Shown piece by piece: positions 28,394-38,538 of a stretch of 64,000 nt of DNA. This DNA comes from a virus. The notes beneath the pieces are model-generated. The model searched no databases, was not told where the DNA came from, and saw only the letters and a program-made list of their open reading frames with translations. The DNA lies in the IMG/VR virus record IMGVR_UViG_3300032315_000202, positions 3,502 to 67,501 of that record; one strand, written 5' to 3'. Both the position numbers and the translations under genes were made by a program. The number at the start of each line of letters is the position of its first letter. Position 1 is the stretch's first letter.

Positions 28394-28804
28394 TTAGTTA
28401 GTGAAAGCTGCGGTAGCTGAACCAGTTGTTGTGTTTGCGACACCGGCTGCTGTCAATGCTGCATTGATAGCAGCAACAACGTTTGAGCTTGCACCGAGTG
28501 AGTTGTCTACTGCCCATGAACCAGTTGGGTAAACAGCGAATGCAACAGTATCAGTAGAAGTGTCAGTATACTCATAGATGTAAACAGTTGCAAGCTGCTG
28601 AACTGTTTGAACCATTACGTTCACTTGTGCGCCAGTGAAACCAGATCCGCTCGCTGCTGAGATCGTGAAGAAGTCGAGCTTTGGACCCTGCGGCTGAACA
28701 GTTGCGCCGGATTGAACTGCGTTTAGACCTGAGTTAGTGTATGATGCTGCGTCTAAGCGTAGAACTGGTAGATAGTCACCGTTTGTTTTTGTAAATTGTG
28801 CCAT
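28394..28804 (-). CDS. Probable virion protein (start MAQFTK)
   Basis: SD AAGGA, late promoter at 28848-28854, own terminator. Confidence 0.65.
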   Translation of the reverse strand: MAQFTKTNGDYLPVLRLDAASYTNSGLNAVQSGATVQPQGPKLDFFTISAASGSGFTGAQVNVMVQTVQQLATVYIYEYTDTSTDTVAFAVYPTGSWAVDNSLGASSNVVAAINAALTAAGVANTTTGSATAAFTN

Positions 28805-28891
28805 TTTAATTTTCCTTTTAATGTGTGAGATCATTGTCTCATACATTTATTTATGCTAGGATGAAAAAAAGTCGGTTTTGGGCGCTAGTCT

Positions 28892-30106
28892 CTATGGTTT
28901 AATATTATATTTCTGTGCTAATTTTGGATTAGCCTTAGCTAGAGCTTTTAGTTTTTCTTCTGCTGTATCGGCGCCTTTCGCCGCCGATGTTTGTCCTGTC
29001 TTAGATGCGCCGCTGCCGGATACACCAAAGTCTGTTATACCGTCGGCTGCGACTGGGTTGCCGGCGGGCTGCTGGTTCGTCGCATTAGCTAAGCCTTCTG
29101 GTGAAGTTGATCCTGCAGCCGAGATTGCGTATGCTGCCTTAGCTAACTGCTGGATTGCTCCCTTCCAGTTACCCTTTGGGTAATTAGTTTCAATGGCGCT
29201 AATCAAAGATTTAACTTGTTGCTCTCTCCCGCTCCAGTTAACTCCTTTCATCCATTTCCCAAACCAAGTCATCAAATAGGTAGAAATACTTTGATCAGCT
29301 TCACCGGATTGACTCTCAAATAGTTCAGTAATAATTCCTTCAAAAACAAGGTCCATTTTCTTGAATTCGGTGGTCGCAACTGGGATTGGATTACAACGAC
29401 TTAAGAATACACCTGAGTTCCTAGCACCTTCGTAAAGACGAATTCGAAGACCTAAATTGTCCCATGTTAGCCCGTGTTCTCTGAGCATGTTAGTAATTGC
29501 ACGATATACGCTCTGCGTTAAGAATCTTTCGCCAGCTTTACTACTTGCATTCCAAGTAGGAGCGAGTTCACTTACGTCATATCCAGCGTTAGCAAACTTA
29601 AGAATCTTGTTTGCAGCATGAGTCCCGCTCTCTTTATCACCTTTAGCTAGTTTAGCCATGTCACTGTTCAGTTCTGTAGCAAAATTAGCTGGAAGAGGCT
29701 TTGCTCCGGGTTTCGGTTGGAGCCGACGCATTTGTCCTTTAAGATTTTCATAAGGATCAGTTGCGGCTGCATTTTTACCACCGGCAGGAGCAGCAGGGGG
29801 AGCACCGGCAGGAGCAGCAGGGGGAGCCGTGGGCGCTACTTTGGCGGCAGTGTCAGCGTTGTTAGCGGTGTCGGCAGGCGGTGCCTTCGTTGCGGTACCC
29901 GGAACAACTATACCTGATTTAACTGCATTTTGCAAGGAAACAATTGCATCAGCAACAAAGTCTTTAAGGAACAGATCAGACTGTAGTTGAGCTTGTTGAG
30001 TCACCCCCGGCTGGAACATGCTCTTAAGACCGGCCGAGTACACATCAAGGTCTTCGCCCAGAGCTCCTTCATTAAGTTGTGGGTTTTTGAGTTCACTAAT
30101 CTTCAT
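28892..30106 (-). CDS. Probable internal head protein (N-terminus MKISELKNPQLNEG)
   Basis: IP-like N-terminal peptide; Ala/Pro-rich linkers. Confidence 0.6.
   Translation of the reverse strand: MKISELKNPQLNEGALGEDLDVYSAGLKSMFQPGVTQQAQLQSDLFLKDFVADAIVSLQNAVKSGIVVPGTATKAPPADTANNADTAAKVAPTAPPAAPAGAPPAAPAGGKNAAATDPYENLKGQMRRLQPKPGAKPLPANFATELNSDMAKLAKGDKESGTHAANKILKFANAGYDVSELAPTWNASSKAGERFLTQSVYRAITNMLREHGLTWDNLGLRIRLYEGARNSGVFLSRCNPIPVATTEFKKMDLVFEGIITELFESQSGEADQSISTYLMTWFGKWMKGVNWSGREQQVKSLISAIETNYPKGNWKGAIQQLAKAAYAISAAGSTSPEGLANATNQQPAGNPVAADGITDFGVSGSGASKTGQTSAAKGADTAEEKLKALAKANPKLAQKYNIKP
29779..29826. repeat. Perfect 24-bp tandem duplication (APPAAPAG x2)
   Basis: CACCGGCAGGAGCAGCAGGGGGAG occurs twice in tandem. 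Confidence 0.9.
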
Positions 30107-30341
30107 GTTTTTTCCTCAAGCTCTTAGAAAATCTTGCTTGGTCCTTGCTCTTGATAGCACTCAAGAGTTTCTTTTCAAGAAGCTCGGCCTTTTCGGAAGA
30201 ATAGTGTTTTTGCATCAACTCAATAAGATGAATTGCACTGGCAATGACATTCGACGCCCGGCTCTCAATGACATGGGAAATGTCACGAGTATCACCGTAC
30301 GCTTGTAGTTCTTCTAAAAGGCTCTTAGTCTTTTTTTGCAT
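30096..30341 (-). CDS. Hypothetical late protein
   Basis: 81-aa ORF; late promoter at 30363-30369. Confidence 0.7.
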   Translation of the reverse strand: MQKKTKSLLEELQAYGDTRDISHVIESRASNVIASAIHLIELMQKHYSSEKAELLEKKLLSAIKSKDQARFSKSLRKKHED

Positions 30342-30384
30342 AGTTTAAGGATCCTATAGTCTTATTTAGTCTAAGAACTTAAAA

Positions 30385-31788
30385 TTATTTCTTTAGAGAG
30401 TTCAACAATGACTTGAGTTTAGCTGATTGTGCATCTACTACTGGTCTTTCTGTCTGTTCTATCGCATCCTGCACAGCATTGTTCACTGCTCCTACCTGAC
30501 TAGTAGTCCTGATCTTATCCATTATTTGAGAAGGAGTTGCTTGAGTGTTCTTGTCCCCGTCTGGATCATCGTCTGTAATACGCATAGTCTCGATGTTATA
30601 TTCTAGATCGATCTTCATACCTACACCCGTAGAACTACGAGACTTCATACACTGAATCTGATACTTACCTCTCTCCTTCATAGAGCGTGAAGTAAAGATA
30701 CCGAACACGTAGTCAGCAGTATTGATCTTAGAGATACCACCTGCGATGTGACTGTGGTCGAACTCGATTTCCTCGACTGCTGAACGATTCAACTGAGATG
30801 CAGTAATCATTAGAACACCTAGCTCTTTAGAAAGATTTCGGAGTTCTTCTGAAACATACTTGTCCTTGATGAACTGATCGCTCGGATTGACCTTGATACT
30901 GACCGGCATGACCAGATCAAGATAGTCAATCATCACAAAGTCAATCTTGATGCCAGTCTGAATCTGTACTTCCTTGATGTATGCCCGAATCGCATTCACG
31001 TTAGACTGTGCTGGAAGACCCTTCACACGATACTGACCCATCTTCTTACCAGCCATCTTTACCTTCAGTTCAGCATCGTCAAGGTTCTTACGAATATCCT
31101 TCGTACTCATGCTAGTAAGCATGGCGTCAGTACGCAGAGAAGTCAATTCTTCTGAAAGTTCTAGAGTAACATAGACTCCACTCAAGCCCTGCTTCAACCA
31201 GTTAAGTGCGATGTTCATCATGACCAACGACTTACCAGAACCCGAACCACCTGCAAAGATATTCAGTTCGCCACGGGACATGCCACCATACATAACACGA
31301 TCAAGCTGTGGCCAACCAGTTGACACCTGTCCGCCTTGATTGAAGTACTTGTTGAGACGTTCCTTAGGATCAGCAAAGTAGTCTGTGCCCATGTCACGTT
31401 GTAGCGAGATTTGAACAGCGTCCTTGATCAGCTTTTCAACTGGATCGAAGTCACCCTTCTCAAGCAAATCTGCTGCTTTGAGAATAGCTCGTTCAAGTTC
31501 CTGACGTTTAGTGAACTGTTCAAATTCTTCCAAGAACCAGTCATAATGCCCTTCATCAAGTTCAGGGATAGCTTCAACTTCGACTCCGGTCGTCGCTTTG
31601 ATCTGGATCGGATCAGGCATAATACTATATTTTGTAGTATGCTCTACCATAAACTCCGCGACTGGACGAAGCGTTCTATCAAAGTTTTCCGCATTCATGA
31701 TGTTCATAACACGAGTATACAACTCCGCGTTAGTTACCATCATTCTCAAGAATAGCGCCTGTACGTCTGTATTATATTCTTTTATCAA
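30385..31788 (-). CDS. gp41: DnaB-family replicative helicase (T4 gp41-like)
   Basis: GGSGSGKS Walker A, TLELSE, IDYLD, TASQLNR, MKSR. Confidence 0.95.
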   Translation of the reverse strand: MIKEYNTDVQALFLRMMVTNAELYTRVMNIMNAENFDRTLRPVAEFMVEHTTKYSIMPDPIQIKATTGVEVEAIPELDEGHYDWFLEEFEQFTKRQELERAILKAADLLEKGDFDPVEKLIKDAVQISLQRDMGTDYFADPKERLNKYFNQGGQVSTGWPQLDRVMYGGMSRGELNIFAGGSGSGKSLVMMNIALNWLKQGLSGVYVTLELSEELTSLRTDAMLTSMSTKDIRKNLDDAELKVKMAGKKMGQYRVKGLPAQSNVNAIRAYIKEVQIQTGIKIDFVMIDYLDLVMPVSIKVNPSDQFIKDKYVSEELRNLSKELGVLMITASQLNRSAVEEIEFDHSHIAGGISKINTADYVFGIFTSRSMKERGKYQIQCMKSRSSTGVGMKIDLEYNIETMRITDDDPDGDKNTQATPSQIMDKIRTTSQVGAVNNAVQDAIEQTERPVVDAQSAKLKSLLNSLKK

Positions 31789-32743
31789 GTTTAGTTCTCG
31801 CTATCTGAATTTTAATCTTACTGTTCGTCGCTGCTTGCAATATACTTAGTAGCGTCGGGAGTCTGCCGTATTTTACTACAGCATCGTTAACGTCTTTTAC
31901 GTCTGGCCCCCAGTCAGGTAAGCTGACCTGAAATCCTAATTCCAGAGCCTGATCACATATTGCTAATCCAGTCTTATCTTGATCGGGAACAACGATGATC
32001 GTCTTATTTAGGTTTCTCAATAAGTCAGCTTGTGTCTCACCTATCGTATTCGTAGTCAACGCACACCCATTGATACTCAGCGCATCAAATATGCCTTCTA
32101 CTACGATACAGCACTCCCACTCCGGCTTTTGAAAATCATAACCGAATATATAACCGGACTGTTGATCCGATATGAACTTCGGGGTCCGATTGTCTAGATA
32201 CCTGCTCGTGCTTCCTACTATCTTATTGTTGAATGTAAAAGGTATGATGACCCTGTTAGAGTTTCTACCTTCTTCATTCGGTGTTACCATATAGGGATAG
32301 TCGGTGTAATTTAACCCACGCGCCGCTAGATAGTCTATGAATACTTTATGATCAGGATTACTCGCATCGATTAGATCAGCCTCAGGAAGTTCTACTTCTT
32401 CAAACTTGACCTTCTTCTTTTGCTTGATCACCCTAGTCAAGTCTAGCAAGTCTTTATGTTGTAGACTTTCTAGATTCCACTTGTTTATCTGGTTCTCGTC
32501 GATACCTATCCATTTCAATAGCAGCTTAGTGTTGCCGGTAAGCGGTCTACCCAAAGCGAAGCCGCACTTGAAGTTGCAGTTGAAGCAGTGATAAGACCAA
32601 TTTTCCCCGTTCGACTTGACACCGCCGCGCATACGCTTGTCTTGCTTATGCCCGCGATGATGGCAGCACGGGGCGTTGAAACTAATCCAACCGCTGCTCG
32701 TGCTTTTCTTCTTTCCCGGAATGATAGATAGGATATCAAACAT
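31772..32743 (-). CDS. DNA primase (Zn finger plus TOPRIM)
   Basis: YHCFNC; VVEGIFDALS; PDQDKTG; KDVND. Confidence 0.85.
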   Translation of the reverse strand: MFDILSIIPGKKKSTSSGWISFNAPCCHHRGHKQDKRMRGGVKSNGENWSYHCFNCNFKCGFALGRPLTGNTKLLLKWIGIDENQINKWNLESLQHKDLLDLTRVIKQKKKVKFEEVELPEADLIDASNPDHKVFIDYLAARGLNYTDYPYMVTPNEEGRNSNRVIIPFTFNNKIVGSTSRYLDNRTPKFISDQQSGYIFGYDFQKPEWECCIVVEGIFDALSINGCALTTNTIGETQADLLRNLNKTIIVVPDQDKTGLAICDQALELGFQVSLPDWGPDVKDVNDAVVKYGRLPTLLSILQAATNSKIKIQIARTKLDKRI

Positions 32744-32789
32744 GAGTCATTATAACATGCTTGACATAAAAATCAAGTGTTACGGTTAA

Positions 32790-33575
32790 TTAACGGGACA
32801 ATATGTTTGTAACGGCGCCGGCATTGCTAGTGAATGTCATGCGAACGAAGGGGTGAAACCCTCTGACGACATATCCTATAGTTTCAGTTACATTAGCTAG
32901 ATCAACCTGTGCCTCGATAGGATACCAGTCTACGTCAGGCTGACAAGAACCTTCGATCAACACATTACCGTAATAATCAGTATAACGAGCTTGAATGCTC
33001 AACACAGGATTGTTGTTAGTGTAGATAGGACTCGTGTGATATTCCATATACTGTCCGTTACCGAAATAGTCTAGGTTAGCTTGACTCAGATTAGGGAAAG
33101 CCTGTCCAGTAGGAATAGTAACAGTAGAAGAAGGTACGAAGGAAGGAAGGACCGAATTAACGATATTCATATCGCCTCTTGCACCTGCATTTTGATCAAC
33201 GAACACAGGATAGTCGAATTCTTGTACTGGAATTTCAAGAGAGTAATGTGCTTTTTGGGGGTCAATGCCTTCAATCTCAGCAGGACTTACGTTCAATACA
33301 GCAATACCGGTGAGCGGTAACTGCAAGGTTAATGCCTTGTTCAGTAAGACCTCAGACCCGTCATAATTGATAAGTCTGAAAGTGATGACCTTTCCAGTAA
33401 TGTCCACTGGCTTCTGCTCTTGATTTAAGAACTGAAACTGAATCTGATTGTCTACGCCCTTATTTAGGGTTAGTGTTTTAGCATACTGTGGCATATAGGC
33501 TCTCGGTGAATATCCTGAAAGGAGAACAACAATCTGACGCTGCGTGTAAATGAAAACTTGTGTACTGTAAGCCAT
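32790..33575 (-). CDS. Hypothetical late (virion) protein
   Basis: 261-aa ORF; late promoter at 33602-33608. Confidence 0.7.
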   Translation of the reverse strand: MAYSTQVFIYTQRQIVVLLSGYSPRAYMPQYAKTLTLNKGVDNQIQFQFLNQEQKPVDITGKVITFRLINYDGSEVLLNKALTLQLPLTGIAVLNVSPAEIEGIDPQKAHYSLEIPVQEFDYPVFVDQNAGARGDMNIVNSVLPSFVPSSTVTIPTGQAFPNLSQANLDYFGNGQYMEYHTSPIYTNNNPVLSIQARYTDYYGNVLIEGSCQPDVDWYPIEAQVDLANVTETIGYVVRGFHPFVRMTFTSNAGAVTNILSR

Positions 33576-33678
33576 GCAATGCTGCTGTCCCTATTATCTT
33601 GTATTTATCATCCTATCGCATCTTGTTGACTAATATTAAAAATTACCTTTGGGTTTCCAAAACTAAATAAAGTAAGAT

Positions 33679-34056
33679 ATGCACAACGAATTTTTCAGAA
33701 AACTTAGTGAGAATCACCCTTTCATTTCTATATGTTCCTATGCCAGTCAAGACTACGTGGGTATCATTCAAAACCGAGACGACCTAGTTACTACTATGTA
33801 CGATTACGGTGCGATTGTTCCTGCTGAGCTTAAGGCTAGGTTCTTAGAATTGGGAGAGGTATGGTGGTGGGAATCTAATAGAACAATACCCATCAATTTG
33901 TTTCTAAAAGATGACTGGGCCGTATTCAAGCCCTTTATCAGGACCTTCAACAATAAGAGTTTAGCCGTGCTTCATGGACCAGTCGTAAGTATGACAGACT
34001 TTACTAAGAAGAGAACAAAGCGAAGATCAATTACTCTAGTTAAGCGGATGCCCTAG
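33679..34056 (+). CDS. Hypothetical protein
   Basis: 125-aa ORF with WWWESNR motif; late promoter at 33663-33669. Confidence 0.7.
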   Translation: MHNEFFRKLSENHPFISICSYASQDYVGIIQNRDDLVTTMYDYGAIVPAELKARFLELGEVWWWESNRTIPINLFLKDDWAVFKPFIRTFNNKSLAVLHGPVVSMTDFTKKRTKRRSITLVKRMP

Positions 34057-34549
34057 ACTTCTTCTTTAGTTCTTTCTTCCGTTTTTCTTTAGCCATCATC
34101 AATGTAGTATCACCTGCTCGTTGATCAAATGTTACGCCCATTAAATGATCAAACTCGTGTAAGAATACCCGAGATTCCATTCCAGTCAATTCACGCTCAA
34201 ACTTGATCCCTTCGGTGCTATAGTATTGAACTATGCAAGAAGACGAACGCTTGACCTTCATAAACAAATCGGGGAACGAAAGACATCCTTCAAGATCAGT
34301 CAATCTATCTTCTGATAGCGACACGATCATAGGATTGATACAAGCTACCAACTTCATGAAATTACCCATGATGAAGATGCGCTTCTTGATACCGACCTGA
34401 GGTGCAGCAAGCCCAACGCCGCCGTTAGCAGTCATAAATTTTGCCATAGCTGTGACAAGTTCAGTAGGATCACCGTCGACCTCAAAATCCCAGAGGTCGG
34501 AAACTTCTAGTAACTGTGGGTCGTTTTCTTTGAGTAATTCTAAATTCAT
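34040..34549 (-). CDS. def: Peptide deformylase
   Basis: GVGLAAPQVG, EGCLSFP, HEFDHL. Confidence 0.95.
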   Translation of the reverse strand: MNLELLKENDPQLLEVSDLWDFEVDGDPTELVTAMAKFMTANGGVGLAAPQVGIKKRIFIMGNFMKLVACINPMIVSLSEDRLTDLEGCLSFPDLFMKVKRSSSCIVQYYSTEGIKFERELTGMESRVFLHEFDHLMGVTFDQRAGDTTLMMAKEKRKKELKKKSRASA

Positions 34550-34791
34550 GTAGTCCTCACTTCTTTGAATGTCATTTCGTCTACTAGTTCAATGTCACTG
34601 TCGGTTTCAATCCACGCTCTTGCGCCGCACTTCAATTGATCACCGGTGTAGACTAGCTTACTAGGGCCATTGATAATGACCTCACGGGCATACAAGGTCT
34701 TCCCCTTGTTTTTGATAGTATAGACAGGACGATTCTTACCATCCTTTGCGTTCATAGCAATGTGCTGTCGATTAACATGGATAATTTTCAC
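34546..34791 (-). CDS. Hypothetical protein
   Basis: 81-aa ORF, translationally coupled. Confidence 0.7.
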   Translation of the reverse strand: MKIIHVNRQHIAMNAKDGKNRPVYTIKNKGKTLYAREVIINGPSKLVYTGDQLKCGARAWIETDSDIELVDEMTFKEVRTT

Positions 34792-35060
34792 GCGCCGACC
34801 CCTTTCACAATTCCATAAATTAACACAGTGAGAATAAAGAGATTGCAGGTTAATAGTGCAGTGTCTCTTCCTTTATATGCAGCATACGCCCACAGCGCGG
34901 TTCCCATAGACCCAACAATCATGTCTTCAACATGGTAACCAAACGCACGAAGAATGGCTGCGACAATAACTCCGATCGTTCCTAACCACTTAACTACTGT
35001 CAGTGGCGTCAATGATCTTACCGTAACGTCGATCTTTCCTAGCAACTTAGCTACTTTCAT
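34788..35060 (-). CDS. Small membrane protein
   Basis: Three hydrophobic segments. Confidence 0.65.
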   Translation of the reverse strand: MKVAKLLGKIDVTVRSLTPLTVVKWLGTIGVIVAAILRAFGYHVEDMIVGSMGTALWAYAAYKGRDTALLTCNLFILTVLIYGIVKGVGA

Positions 35061-35631
35061 TGGTGTTCTCTTTTAAAAGATTCATGTGTACTACTACGAG
35101 TTGACTGTAACTAATTGCGTGGCTTTTTTTGAATGTGTACCCGGACTGATCTTTGTCCCATACAGTCTCGTTAATCTCTTTCCACTTCTTGCCGAGAAGA
35201 TGACGTTTGGCAGGACGAATAGCTGCAAGGAACATAGCAAGACGAGGGATACTATCTATGGGTTCTGGCATTCTACGTATTAGATCATACGAGTTGCCCA
35301 AGTGAATCAGTTGCTCTACTATTGCCTTATCTTTCAGCACAGACCAGTCTGGGTCCCGCATCAGACGCAATAGATGTTCTTCATCCTTGACTTGACTATA
35401 GACATGCACGTTCAATAAGTCTAGCTTGAAGTATCCTCTGTTTTCTGCTTCTGCATAGTGCAGAGAAGACATGTCATACATAGGATCGTAGGGTATGTCA
35501 GTAATATAAACACCAGTTGGATGCTTGCGAATTGGATTGACATTCCGCATAGACGCAGGGATATGCTTGATGACCGCTAACAGCTTGTCGCGGTCTCCCA
35601 AATCAATATCAATGTCAGAATCAATTCTCAT
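35047..35631 (-). CDS. Minimal DnaE (Pol III alpha)-like polymerase core
   Basis: DSDIDID, RKHPTG, FKLDLL, LAAIRP and GYTFKKSHAISY motifs within 194 aa. Confidence 0.8.
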   Translation of the reverse strand: MRIDSDIDIDLGDRDKLLAVIKHIPASMRNVNPIRKHPTGVYITDIPYDPMYDMSSLHYAEAENRGYFKLDLLNVHVYSQVKDEEHLLRLMRDPDWSVLKDKAIVEQLIHLGNSYDLIRRMPEPIDSIPRLAMFLAAIRPAKRHLLGKKWKEINETVWDKDQSGYTFKKSHAISYSQLVVVHMNLLKENTNESS

Positions 35632-35901
35632 TCATTTCCACTTTAGTAAGAAGAATGTATATAGCTTTTCATCAACAATGTCAAACTTATCGGATATCGC
35701 ACCGTTAATCGTATGTAGCTTGATGCCATAATTATCTTTCATGTATTCGACAAAATCAAGCTGGCCAGCGACAGGCGGGGAGTTTGCCAAAGCTTCAGTT
35801 CGGATTTTCTTAAGTATACCCCAATATTCCCAACGTGTGTTTCGAAACTCAATATCAGGATCATCTGGATCGAAGTCTTCGAAGCGGTTAGGAACTTTCA
35901 T
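35632..35901 (-). CDS. Small protein, F-x-L-x-W C-terminal family
   Basis: Ends EKLYTFFLLKWK. Confidence 0.65.
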   Translation of the reverse strand: MKVPNRFEDFDPDDPDIEFRNTRWEYWGILKKIRTEALANSPPVAGQLDFVEYMKDNYGIKLHTINGAISDKFDIVDEKLYTFFLLKWK

Positions 35902-36452
35902 CGAAGATGAGTGAATCCAGCTGAGATGAGTTTCTGATAGGCCTTCTGCACAACAATAGCCTGACGCTCTGCGTCTTCAAGTGCTTTGTGTGAGGTCACA
36001 TGTCCGCCGTCTTTCAGAGAGACGCCGGCAAGATCATAGATAGTGCGACAGTCACGGATATTCCAAAACTGCCAAGGATTCTTGATTTCCAATTCTCGGA
36101 AAGCATGTTCGGCAATCATGATGTCAAAGACAGAACCGTTGCTCCAAACCTTATCAGCACGATTCCAGCAGAACTTGTAAAGTTTCTCCATGCATTCCCT
36201 ATAAGAAATGCGATTCTGATCACCCATCGCCTCTTGAATAGCTTCGGGGCTTTGCTCGCTCCACCAGCGGAGAGTATCATCGCTAATGCTACGACCGTAA
36301 ACGTCAGTCTGTTCTTCCATCGTAGGACGAAGTTCGATGCGGTCGATCATGCCTTCCCCTTGTGGATCGAACAAAACTGCACCGATAGTGAGGATCACAG
36401 TTGACGATGAGGTGTCAAGCGTTTCCATGTCGATCATAATATGATTAGCCAT
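35898..36452 (-). CDS. DEDDh 3'-5' exonuclease
   Basis: MIDMET, WSNGSVFD, RDCRT, HKALEDA. Confidence 0.9.
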   Translation of the reverse strand: MANHIMIDMETLDTSSSTVILTIGAVLFDPQGEGMIDRIELRPTMEEQTDVYGRSISDDTLRWWSEQSPEAIQEAMGDQNRISYRECMEKLYKFCWNRADKVWSNGSVFDIMIAEHAFRELEIKNPWQFWNIRDCRTIYDLAGVSLKDGGHVTSHKALEDAERQAIVVQKAYQKLISAGFTHLR

Positions 36453-36570
36453 TAGAACTCCAAATATTGTCTAGCTTTTTAACTTCTTCTACTATATCAC
36501 CGTTTAGGTAATTAAGCAAGGATACGGGTCGTGATTCGGGTAAATAATCTGGTATATTCAGTAAGTTCAT
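36445..36570 (-). CDS. 41-aa hypothetical peptide MNLLNIPDYLPESRPVSLLNYLNG...
   Basis: Fills the gap between neighbours, with an ATGA overlap upstream and an 8-nt overlap downstream. Confidence 0.5.
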   Translation of the reverse strand: MNLLNIPDYLPESRPVSLLNYLNGDIVEEVKKLDNIWSSNG

Positions 36571-36848
36571 TCACATAGCTTCCAAAAAACATAGGTCTTT
36601 TCATCAAGTATGATATAGCCCGCGATCTTGAACCACTTGCCCAAGTACTCAGGATTACCTAATCTTTCGCGGCACCATTTCTCTAATTCGCCTGGGCCTC
36701 GGCTGTCTGGACCAATAGGAATACGGATGAACGTCCTGTCTTCCCAAACATCATTCACAGCAATCTTCTTCTTGATCTTCTGCGTCTGCGGGACTACATC
36801 AATTATTTCGTCTTGATAGGGTCTTAGCCCCATGTTAGCTTGAACCAT
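36567..36848 (-). CDS. Small protein, F-x-L-x-W-related family
   Basis: ELEKWCRERLG...EKTYVFWKLCE. Confidence 0.65.
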   Translation of the reverse strand: MVQANMGLRPYQDEIIDVVPQTQKIKKKIAVNDVWEDRTFIRIPIGPDSRGPGELEKWCRERLGNPEYLGKWFKIAGYIILDEKTYVFWKLCE

Positions 36849-37069
36849 ATAAAATCCCTTTCATATCTAAACTTATAGTGTAGATCATTGTCGCTACAAT
36901 ACCATCTACAGTGGTGTTCACACTTGCCGATGTGACCATAAATCCAGTCAACCATCTCAGTATGTCTTTTTACGCCTTTGAATGGATTAGGTTCGTATAT
37001 ACGAACTTCGTACCAACCCGGTTTAGTTAATTCCCAACCATTTTTTGAGTCATAGTGATTCACATCCAT
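36824..37069 (-). CDS. Small protein, F-x-L-x-W C-terminal family
   Basis: EMVDWIYGHIG...FRYERDFIWFKLTWG. Confidence 0.7.
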   Translation of the reverse strand: MDVNHYDSKNGWELTKPGWYEVRIYEPNPFKGVKRHTEMVDWIYGHIGKCEHHCRWYCSDNDLHYKFRYERDFIWFKLTWG

Positions 37070-37272
37070 CTCAATTTAAACCAGGATACACTTTCCTGTG
37101 TCTCAAAGGAATAGGCATAAATCATATCATCACTCGATGAAACATCAGACACATCAGTCATTGTTAAGCCAATAAAGTCAGGTAGGTTTCTGGCCCATTC
37201 TTCAATCTCTTCCGGATTAGTAGGATCCGAAAGCAGAACAGTATAAGGACTTGAGTATCTAACTGTTGACAC
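37060..37272 (-). CDS. Small protein, F-x-L-x-W C-terminal family
   Basis: EIEEWARN...FETQESVSWFKLRWM. Confidence 0.65.
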   Translation of the reverse strand: MSTVRYSSPYTVLLSDPTNPEEIEEWARNLPDFIGLTMTDVSDVSSSDDMIYAYSFETQESVSWFKLRWM

Positions 37273-37973
37273 TAATATCCAGCCTGATTTAGCAAATCCT
37301 TTACCTGGGTCACGGCGCTCGCACTACGCTTGAACTTGATGGCCCATTGCTCGGGGTTGATGTAATCTATGATCATCTTTTGTTGAGATTCGTCCAAATC
37401 TTCAATCATCTTGATGCCGCTCTCGCTGTGATACAACATCCACGGACTGATCTTACCAGCAGTTATAGAATAGACTAGCCTGTTTCGATTTGCGTATCGT
37501 AGACAGTCTTTCGTTTCGATTCCTGCTGCCTTTGCAAGTTCAATCGTGTTCTCGATACTACGAGCAACAGCATCCATTGGATCTTCATCCTTTAGATACT
37601 GAATGAGAAACTTAGTGTAGTTAGAGTCACTGCACCAGCTGTCGATCTTCACGTTGTTCTTGAGCAACCAGTCAGCATAGCGATTGACATTTAGACAATG
37701 TATGTTCACACAGTAATGCCCGAACTTGACAAATGCAAGGTAATACGCTGACTTACTAAAGTCTAGATATGTCTTCTGCTTTTTGGTTGTAGTGTTCTTT
37801 GCATAAAAGCGAAGCCAAGACTGAAAGCCGATGCGATTGCCTGGCAAGTCTTTATCTTGCCAGCGGCGTTTGTTCTCGCAAAGATGTTTCATCATGGTTG
37901 TCTCACGCTGAAACGATCTGTTGCAAAACTCGCAACTAAATTCTGAGGGCTTAATTTCCCCAGTCTTCTTCAT
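37272..37973 (-). CDS. Hypothetical protein with N-terminal C2HC/C2H2-type zinc finger
   Basis: FSCEFCNRSF..MMKHLC; start is uncertain. Confidence 0.7.
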   Translation of the reverse strand: MKKTGEIKPSEFSCEFCNRSFQRETTMMKHLCENKRRWQDKDLPGNRIGFQSWLRFYAKNTTTKKQKTYLDFSKSAYYLAFVKFGHYCVNIHCLNVNRYADWLLKNNVKIDSWCSDSNYTKFLIQYLKDEDPMDAVARSIENTIELAKAAGIETKDCLRYANRNRLVYSITAGKISPWMLYHSESGIKMIEDLDESQQKMIIDYINPEQWAIKFKRSASAVTQVKDLLNQAGY

Positions 37974-38538
37974 ACTGTTTAATATCTTCGTCTGTAGTAA
38001 GGTCACTTAGTAACTCAATCTCATCAAATTTTAACTCGGGAAACTTCTTAGCAAGATACATCTTTTTCTTGTGGGTTTCAACATACACCTCGCTGAGAAG
38101 GGTTAGATCACCGTCATTGGTTTTAGGATATATCTTCTTGAAGTATTCTTTGATTTCTTTTTGCTTTGGGCTATCAAGCAATCGAGTTACACGTTCTCTA
38201 ATATGAGGAATCCACTGATGAAACTGCTTACCCAATCCCGGGCTTGCAGCACACAACATAAGCCATTGCAGCTTGGGATGCTTTTGGACAGCTTCATTGA
38301 ACAGATACTTGTTAGCGTGGTATTCAGTGCTTTGAAGATAATAAGACTGAACGTCTGCGCTAGCCCTCACTGCACTGATCCAATGAATCATCATGAACGG
38401 CACGAACTTCTTCCGCTGTTCGGGAGTCAATCTATCATAGTACGAGTAGTCCTTCTTGTCAATAGCCGCTAAGGCGTCAAACAAATCAAAGTCTTGACCT
38501 GTGAACTTTTCGTCTGCTGATAGTTTCTCTTTAGCCAT
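37951..38538 (-). CDS. Probable clamp-loader small subunit (T4 gp62-like)
   Basis: FVPFMMIHWIS..AN..HPKLQWLML..KQFHQWI pattern. Confidence 0.55.
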   Translation of the reverse strand: MAKEKLSADEKFTGQDFDLFDALAAIDKKDYSYYDRLTPEQRKKFVPFMMIHWISAVRASADVQSYYLQSTEYHANKYLFNEAVQKHPKLQWLMLCAASPGLGKQFHQWIPHIRERVTRLLDSPKQKEIKEYFKKIYPKTNDGDLTLLSEVYVETHKKKMYLAKKFPELKFDEIELLSDLTTDEDIKQYEEDWGN

